Assembly (NCBI GenBank): GCA_034004115.1
Contig: JAVEXG010000001.1
Location: 1,153-65,152 of the forward strand
Direction of reading: 5' to 3'
DNA length: 64,000 nt
DNA from: Bacteroidales bacterium
GTDB taxonomy: Bacteria; Bacteroidota; Bacteroidia; Bacteroidales; VadinHA17
Part shown: positions 58,851 through 64,000 of the stretch, piece by piece
Layout of the letters: each line of letters starts with the position of its first letter
How positions within the stretch are numbered: the stretch's first letter is position 1
Translations under genes and position numbers: made by a program
Notes under the pieces: generated by a model
What the model was told of the DNA's origin: nothing
Databases searched by the model: none
The model's input: only the letters and a program-made list of their open reading frames with translations

Positions 58851-58920
58851 TTTACCCCCACCCCCAGGGGGGCTTAAAAAGGAATACGGATTTAAAGTCC
58901 CCCTTGGGGGATTTAGGGGT
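58851..58920. repeat. C5/G5 hairpin repeat element between activase and glycyl-radical enzyme genes
   Basis: CCCCCACCCCCAGGGGGG (58855-58872), CCCCCTTGGGGG (58899-58910) and GGGG (58916-58919). The CCCCCAGGGGGG and CCCCCTTGGGG sub-motifs occur in the same order as in 40250-40356. Confidence 0.7.
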
Positions 58921-58957
58921 TGAGCAATCGGGAAAAGTAATTAATCGAACTAAAATT

Positions 58958-61327
58958 ATGATACTTACAGAACGGGTAAAGAGACTGAGAGAGCAGAGCC
59001 TTAATGCGGTCGAAAAAATAACCGCCGAAAGAGCGCTGCTGATTACTGCATTCTATAAAAGCGATGAAGCGAGGGAGGTTTCAGCCCCGGTGCGCAGGGC
59101 CAGGGCTTTTGAGTATCTGCTCAGGAACAAAGCCATCTGCATAAACGAAGGAGAACTGATTGTCGGTGAACGCGGCCCAGAACCCAAGGCTACCCCGACC
59201 TATCCTGAAATAAGCCTTCACTCACTTGAGGATCTGGAGATACTCGATTCGAGGAAAAAGGTGTTTTTCAGGGTCGGTGAGGATGTGAAAAGGATCTACC
59301 GCGACGAGATAATTCCCTACTGGAAGGGCAAAAGCAACCGCGACAGGATCATGGGGCTGATGACACCTGAATGGATGAAAGCCTATAATGCAGGCATCTT
59401 TACCGAGTTCCAGGAACAGCGCGCCCCCGGCCACACCGTGCTTGGAGGGAGAATGTTCCGGACAGGCTTCCTTCAGCTTAAGGAAGAAATATGGGAAAGT
59501 CTTTCCTCACTCGATTATCTTAATGATTTCGAAGCTTTCGACAAGGCGGAGGAACTGAAGGCTATGGATATCGCATGCGATGCCATAATCATGTATGCCG
59601 GCAGGCACGCCGATGAGCTTGAACGTCTCGCCGGTTCAGAGAAGGACAGCACGAGGAAGAAAGAACTGGTTTCAATGGCTGCCGTCTGCCGGAGGGTGCC
59701 GGCACATGCTCCTGAAACGGTGCATGAAATGCTCCAGCACTACTGGTTCATTCACCTTGGTGTCATAACCGAACTGAATCCATGGGATTCATTCAACCCC
59801 GGCAGGCTTGACCAGCATCTTTTCCCCGTTTATAAAAAGGAAAAAGAGTCCGGATCCCTTACCGATGAAGAGCTGAGTGATCTTCTGGGGTGTTTCTGGG
59901 TGAAATTCAATAATCATCCATCACCACCGAAAATGGGTGTCACCGCCAGCGAAAGCAACACCTACACCGACTTCTGCCTGATAAACCTTGGAGGAGTAAA
60001 ACCCGACGGATCGGACGCCGTCAATGAAATGTCATACATCCTTCTCGATGTGATAAGAGAAATGAGAATACTCCAGCCCAGCTCAATGGTACAGATAAGC
60101 AGGAAAAGTCCCGACAGGTTCATTCACAAGGCCCTTGACATTATAAAAACAGGATTTGGCCAGCCTTCCTGCTTCAATACTGACGCTATAATCCAGGAAC
60201 TGCTCAGGCAGGGCAAAAACATAGTGGATGCCCGCAACGGAGGCGCTTCAGGATGCGTCGAAACAGGTGCTTTCGGGACGGAGGCTTACTGGCTGACAGG
60301 TTATTTCAACCTTACAAAGATACTTGAGGTAACCCTTAACAACGGGTTCGATAGGAGAACAGGTCTGCAGATAGGACCGGAGACAGGCCTGGCTTCAGGT
60401 TTTAAGACATTTGACGATCTGGTTGAGGCTTACAGGATCCAGGTAAGTTATTTCGCCGGCATAAAGATAAGGGGCAACAATGTGATAGAGAAAACCTTTG
60501 CCAGATGGCTGCCTGTGCCTTTCCTTTCACTCCTTGTTGAGGACTGCATTGCAAAAGGCAGGGATTACAACGGGGGAGGCGCAAGATACAACACCACCTA
60601 TATTCAGGGGGTTGGTCTGGGTTCACTGACGGATATCCTTACTTCAATAAGGTTTAATGTCTACGACAGGAAAAACTACACCTGGGATGAACTGCAGAAA
60701 GCTGTTGATGACAACTTTGAAGGGCACGACCAGTTGAGATACGACCTTATTTATAATACACCCAAATACGGCAACGACGATGATTATGCCGATCAGCAGG
60801 CTGTTACAGTGTTTGAGATCTACTATGATGCTGTTAACGGTAAACCATGCTCCAGGGGCGGAGTGCACCGGATAAATATGCTGCCCACTACATCTCACGT
60901 CTATTTCGGCGGTGTAACCGGTGCCACGGCTGACGGAAGGAAAGCTTTCACTCCACTGTCGGAAGGGATATCCCCGAGTCAGGGTGTGGACAGCAACGGC
61001 CCCACCTCGGTGATAAAATCGGCATCAAAGATCGACCACCTGCGTACCGGAGGCACTTTGCTCAACCAGAAGTTTTCCCCTTCGTTCTTTGAGGATGAAG
61101 AGAGCTACAGCTGTCTTACATCGCTGATAAGGAGTTACTTCAGCCTCGACGGTCATCATATCCAGTTCAATGTGGTCAATGCCGAAACACTCCGTGAAGC
61201 CCAGAAGCATCCTGAATTGTACAGGGACCTTATTGTGAGGGTAGCCGGCTACAGCGATTACTTCAACGATCTCGGGGAGGATCTTCAGAACGAGATAATC
61301 CTCCGGACCGAGCACGAATCAGTCTGA
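58958..61327 (+). CDS. glycyl-radical enzyme of the dehydratase/eliminase class, probable trans-4-hydroxy-L-proline dehydratase (HypD-like)
   Basis: ATG at 58958 gives 789 aa; the ORF-track TTG at 58904 lies inside the repeat. Glycyl radical motif RVAGYS. Single-Cys loop GCVE, not the CC of pyruvate formate-lyase. Residues H159, D277, S333, F339, C433, E435, Y449, T644/645 and G764 line up one position below the HypD catalytic residues as I recall them. Confidence 0.9.
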   Translation: MILTERVKRLREQSLNAVEKITAERALLITAFYKSDEAREVSAPVRRARAFEYLLRNKAICINEGELIVGERGPEPKATPTYPEISLHSLEDLEILDSRKKVFFRVGEDVKRIYRDEIIPYWKGKSNRDRIMGLMTPEWMKAYNAGIFTEFQEQRAPGHTVLGGRMFRTGFLQLKEEIWESLSSLDYLNDFEAFDKAEELKAMDIACDAIIMYAGRHADELERLAGSEKDSTRKKELVSMAAVCRRVPAHAPETVHEMLQHYWFIHLGVITELNPWDSFNPGRLDQHLFPVYKKEKESGSLTDEELSDLLGCFWVKFNNHPSPPKMGVTASESNTYTDFCLINLGGVKPDGSDAVNEMSYILLDVIREMRILQPSSMVQISRKSPDRFIHKALDIIKTGFGQPSCFNTDAIIQELLRQGKNIVDARNGGASGCVETGAFGTEAYWLTGYFNLTKILEVTLNNGFDRRTGLQIGPETGLASGFKTFDDLVEAYRIQVSYFAGIKIRGNNVIEKTFARWLPVPFLSLLVEDCIAKGRDYNGGGARYNTTYIQGVGLGSLTDILTSIRFNVYDRKNYTWDELQKAVDDNFEGHDQLRYDLIYNTPKYGNDDDYADQQAVTVFEIYYDAVNGKPCSRGGVHRINMLPTTSHVYFGGVTGATADGRKAFTPLSEGISPSQGVDSNGPTSVIKSASKIDHLRTGGTLLNQKFSPSFFEDEESYSCLTSLIRSYFSLDGHHIQFNVVNAETLREAQKHPELYRDLIVRVAGYSDYFNDLGEDLQNEIILRTEHESV

Positions 61328-61353
61328 TTCCGGGAAAGGAACCTGAAGATACC

Positions 61354-62313
61354 TTATTTCTTCTTGTCTTTAACCTCGTTGAACATCGACGTAGCAGTGG
61401 CAACAATACCTGCAACATCAGCAAGGTTTGCCGGAAGAATTATTGTGTTATTCTGTTTGGCAAGATTTGCGAATCCGGTAAGGTATTGTTCGGCAACCCT
61501 CAGGTTGACGGCATTCAGACCGTTTTCTTCGGATATAGCCGTTGCAATGGCCCTGAGGCCGTTGGCAGTTGCAGTAGCCACCTGTTCAATTTCTGAAGCA
61601 CGGCCGGCAGCCTCGTTGATCCTCCTTTGCTTTTCACCTTCCGATCTTAGTATGAATTCCTGCCTGTCCCCGTCGGCAACGTTGATTTTGGCCTGCCTGG
61701 CACCTTCCGACTCGGCAATGGTGGCCCTCTTTTCCCTTTCTGCCCTCATCTGTTTTTCCATTGCATCCTTTATGCTCTGGGGAGGAATAATGTTCTTTAC
61801 CTCGTAACGGGTGACCTTTACACCCCAGGGTTCGCTTGCCTTGTCGACAGCCTCAACTATAGTGGCATTTATCGATTCGCGTTCCTCGAATGTACGGTCG
61901 AGCTCGAGCTTCCCGATAACGCTCCTCATTGTGGTCTGGGCTATCTGAATTGAAGCAAAGCGGTAGTTGTCGATCCCGTAAGAGGCTTTCTGGGGATCCA
62001 GAACCTGAAGGTAGAGGATTCCGTCAACTTCAACCGCAATGTTGTCGCGGGTTATGCATATCTGCGAGGCAACATCAATTGCCTGTTCCTTGAGGGTGTG
62101 CCTGTACCTTATCTTGTCGATGAAGGGGATAAGTACCTGGAAACCTGCCGTAAAAGTTGCCCTGTACTTTCCGAGACGCTCAACAATTATTGCTGTTCTC
62201 TGAGGTACAACCTTCACCATGGAGGAAATGAGGATGAAGGTCAGTATTATTATCCCTATAAGAATAATAGTAGTGCTGGGATTTGCTGCTGCCAGTGTAA
62301 TTAGTGGTGCCAT
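61354..62313 (-). CDS. SPFH/band-7 (stomatin-like) membrane protein
   Basis: 319 aa. N-terminal TM helix and ...VVPQRTAIIVERLGKY... typical of SPFH domains. Ala/Glu-rich coiled-coil C-terminus. Confidence 0.92.
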   Translation of the reverse strand: MAPLITLAAANPSTTIILIGIIILTFILISSMVKVVPQRTAIIVERLGKYRATFTAGFQVLIPFIDKIRYRHTLKEQAIDVASQICITRDNIAVEVDGILYLQVLDPQKASYGIDNYRFASIQIAQTTMRSVIGKLELDRTFEERESINATIVEAVDKASEPWGVKVTRYEVKNIIPPQSIKDAMEKQMRAEREKRATIAESEGARQAKINVADGDRQEFILRSEGEKQRRINEAAGRASEIEQVATATANGLRAIATAISEENGLNAVNLRVAEQYLTGFANLAKQNNTIILPANLADVAGIVATATSMFNEVKDKKK

Positions 62314-62321
62314 TTTTTATT

Positions 62322-62771
62322 TTATTTTTTAGGTTCAACAAACAGTTTAAAACTCTCCTTCGACCTGATAATGACAATCTGCCCTTCCTTAACGGGTTCC
62401 GTCGATTCAGCCTTCCATGAAGTACCCTTGAATTCGATCTTGCCGGTTTGCCCGGGACCAAAGTCATATAAGGCAACAGCTTCCTTTCCGGTGAATTCAT
62501 CCTCCACCTGCTTTGATAATTCATCCTTGCTGTAAAAAAACCGCTTCTGTATCATCTTCCTCAGCAGTACGAGGGAAAGGACAGATGTGACGGCAAAGAC
62601 AATGGCCTGAAGATTTATTCCCGGATCAGCAATCAGGCAAAGAAGTGCGGTGACCCATGCCCCTACTCCGAAAAAGAAGATGACAAATCCCGGAAGGACC
62701 AGTTCCAGAAGGAACAATGCAAGTCCGATTATAAACCAGACCAGTTCCGGTTTTGAAAAAAGAGATTGCAT
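62322..62771 (-). CDS. NfeD-family membrane protein
   Basis: 149 aa with three TM helices and a C-terminal OB-fold-like beta domain (GKIEFKGTSWKAES...). It is in the canonical upstream-partner position for an SPFH gene. Confidence 0.85.
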   Translation of the reverse strand: MQSLFSKPELVWFIIGLALFLLELVLPGFVIFFFGVGAWVTALLCLIADPGINLQAIVFAVTSVLSLVLLRKMIQKRFFYSKDELSKQVEDEFTGKEAVALYDFGPGQTGKIEFKGTSWKAESTEPVKEGQIVIIRSKESFKLFVEPKK

Positions 62772-62959
62772 AGCGGTGGTGTTTTATAAATGTGTGATTG
62801 TTGTTTTCCTGTCAAGTAAAGATATAAAAAATCATAATAAAACTACTGACCCGGCCCGGATTGGAAAAAGGTCATTTTTTTTAGCCTTTACCCTCCGGCG
62901 ATTAATGGAATATCAGTTTTTTTTCGTAAATTATTACACAATTTTAAACCTGAGACCAG

Positions 62960-63682
62960 ATGGAAAAATTCTTTGATTATTTTGATGAAAGATACAGGCA
63001 ATCAGTGCTTAGCAGCCCTGCTTCCGAAGATGGTCCCGTGATCACAATATCCCGTCTTACCGGGTGCGATGCCCGGGAAACGGCTGCCATTATTGTTGAA
63101 AAGCTGAATTCCATCCATAAAACGACAAAATGGAAATGGGTCGACAAGGATATCATCTTTTCCATTGCAAAGGAGCTGAATATCGATACCCAGCGTGTTG
63201 AGAGCTACTACAAGGGCATTAAGCTTTCCAATCTTTCCGAGATGATCATGGCTTTTTCGGGAGGGTTTGTAAGCGACCTCAGAGTTAAAAAGGCAATCAA
63301 GGATGTGGTGCTTACAATCTGCAAGGAGGGCCATATTGTCCTTGTGGGAAGAGGAGGTGTATCAATTGCGCATAATGTGAAGGATTCGCTTCATGTAAGG
63401 CTGGTGGCTCCTTTTGAATGGAGAGTGGATAACGTGATGAGGAAAAAGGAAATGGGTAGGGATATCGCTCAGAAATTCGTCACTGATACGGATGAGAAAC
63501 GCGATGACCTTATCAGGACATTCATGGATAAAAAGGTCAGGAACATTGAAAGCCTGTTCGATGTGACTCTGAACAGACAAACGTTCTCCATCGCCGCTAT
63601 AGCTGATATGGTGGTTTCAATGTACGACAGGAAGGTGGCAGAGGAGAAAGCTGAAAAGGAAAAGATCAAATCGCTTCTCTAG
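62960..63682 (+). CDS. cytidylate kinase-like family protein
   Basis: 240 aa. ...VITISRLTGCDARE... and ...IVLVGRGG... patterns typical of the Cytidylate_kin2-like family. The function is not known to be CMP kinase. Confidence 0.7.
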   Translation: MEKFFDYFDERYRQSVLSSPASEDGPVITISRLTGCDARETAAIIVEKLNSIHKTTKWKWVDKDIIFSIAKELNIDTQRVESYYKGIKLSNLSEMIMAFSGGFVSDLRVKKAIKDVVLTICKEGHIVLVGRGGVSIAHNVKDSLHVRLVAPFEWRVDNVMRKKEMGRDIAQKFVTDTDEKRDDLIRTFMDKKVRNIESLFDVTLNRQTFSIAAIADMVVSMYDRKVAEEKAEKEKIKSLL

Positions 63683-64000
63683 AACTCACTTAGTTCGCCG
63701 ACTTTCTTTATGTGGACGCTCAGCCTGCTGTCGAGGCTCTTGCTGTAGGCATCCCAGTCAGTTATCGGCCTGCGGGCTACTCCGGTATCCATTGCTGCTC
63801 TTGCCACACAGGTTGCCACACACGAAATAAGCCTTGGATCGAGCGGCTTGGGTATTATGTATTCCTTGCCGAACGAAAGGCTTTTAAGGTTATATGCCCT
63901 GAGAACCACATCCGGAACCGGCTCCTTGGCAAGAAGGGCAAGCGCCTTCGCTGCAGCCAGTTTCATCTCCTCATTGATCGTGGTGGCCCTGACATCAAGA
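63679..64000 (-). CDS. NAD(P)-dependent malic enzyme, C-terminal part (partial, continues past the right edge)
   Basis: The frame stays open upstream of the ORF-track Met. The translation reads ...LDVRATTINEEMKLAAAKALALLAKEPVPD...FGKEYIIPKPLDPRL..., the conserved end of the malic-enzyme NAD-binding domain. The stop overlaps the convergent gene's stop within CTAG. Confidence 0.85.
   Translation of the reverse strand, partial: LDVRATTINEEMKLAAAKALALLAKEPVPDVVLRAYNLKSLSFGKEYIIPKPLDPRLISCVATCVARAAMDTGVARRPITDWDAYSKSLDSRLSVHIKKVGELSEF

Noticed and set aside
58958-61327. Annotation of the glycyl-radical enzyme as pyruvate formate-lyase
   Set aside because: The active-site loop is GCVE, with a single Cys followed by Glu as in the dehydratase/eliminase class. 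It is not the adjacent Cys-Cys pair of PFL.
63679-63682. Convergent genes sharing overlapping stop codons within CTAG
   Set aside because: The overlap is real but trivial. Four-base overlaps of convergent stops have no known functional implication.

Overview
This is a 64-kb chromosomal segment with clear Bacteroidota hallmarks. These are TAnnTTTG -7 promoter boxes, an almost complete lack of Shine-Dalgarno sequences, a TonB-dependent receptor/DUF4249 pair, a PorT-like barrel, an S46 peptidase and BlaR-TonB fusions. The centre (20.2-35.1 kb) is the conserved housekeeping block rpsU-xerC-hpf, tRNA(Thr-Tyr-Gly-Thr)-tuf-tRNA(Trp)-secE-nusG-rplKAJL-rpoBC. The left flank carries a BlaI/BlaR-type module, gap, msrBA, several oxidoreductases, ubiE-porT and a BamA-like gene. 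The right flank carries kdsC, a ubiA-family gene, maf, an S46 peptidase, pdxB, a 1424-aa fused activase/dehydratase-like protein with a divergent Crp/Fnr gene, a carboxyltransferase-dcp-histidine kinase operon, a TonB-dependent receptor pair, a glycyl-radical enzyme operon, SPFH/NfeD and a partial malic enzyme. I found no rRNA, CRISPR array, IS element or prophage, and most of the window is ordinary. I cannot point to one unambiguous new system. Eight candidates deserve a second look. (1) The giant fused double-activase/dehydratase-like gene, with a perfect 22-bp palindrome next to the Crp/Fnr promoter. (2) A roughly 185-nt leader ending in a sense-strand intrinsic terminator directly upstream of a HypD-like glycyl-radical operon. 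(3) An activase in that operon with no auxiliary Fe-S cysteines. (4) An OadA/5S-type carboxyltransferase whose biotinyl-like domain lacks the biotin lysine. (5) A shared palindromic operator linking the BlaI-like repressor to two further genes. (6) A family of C5/G5 hairpin repeats. (7) Heptamer-phased GC-rich spacers. (8) Two unannotated small ORFs. All family calls come from reading motifs by eye and from memory. No searches were run.
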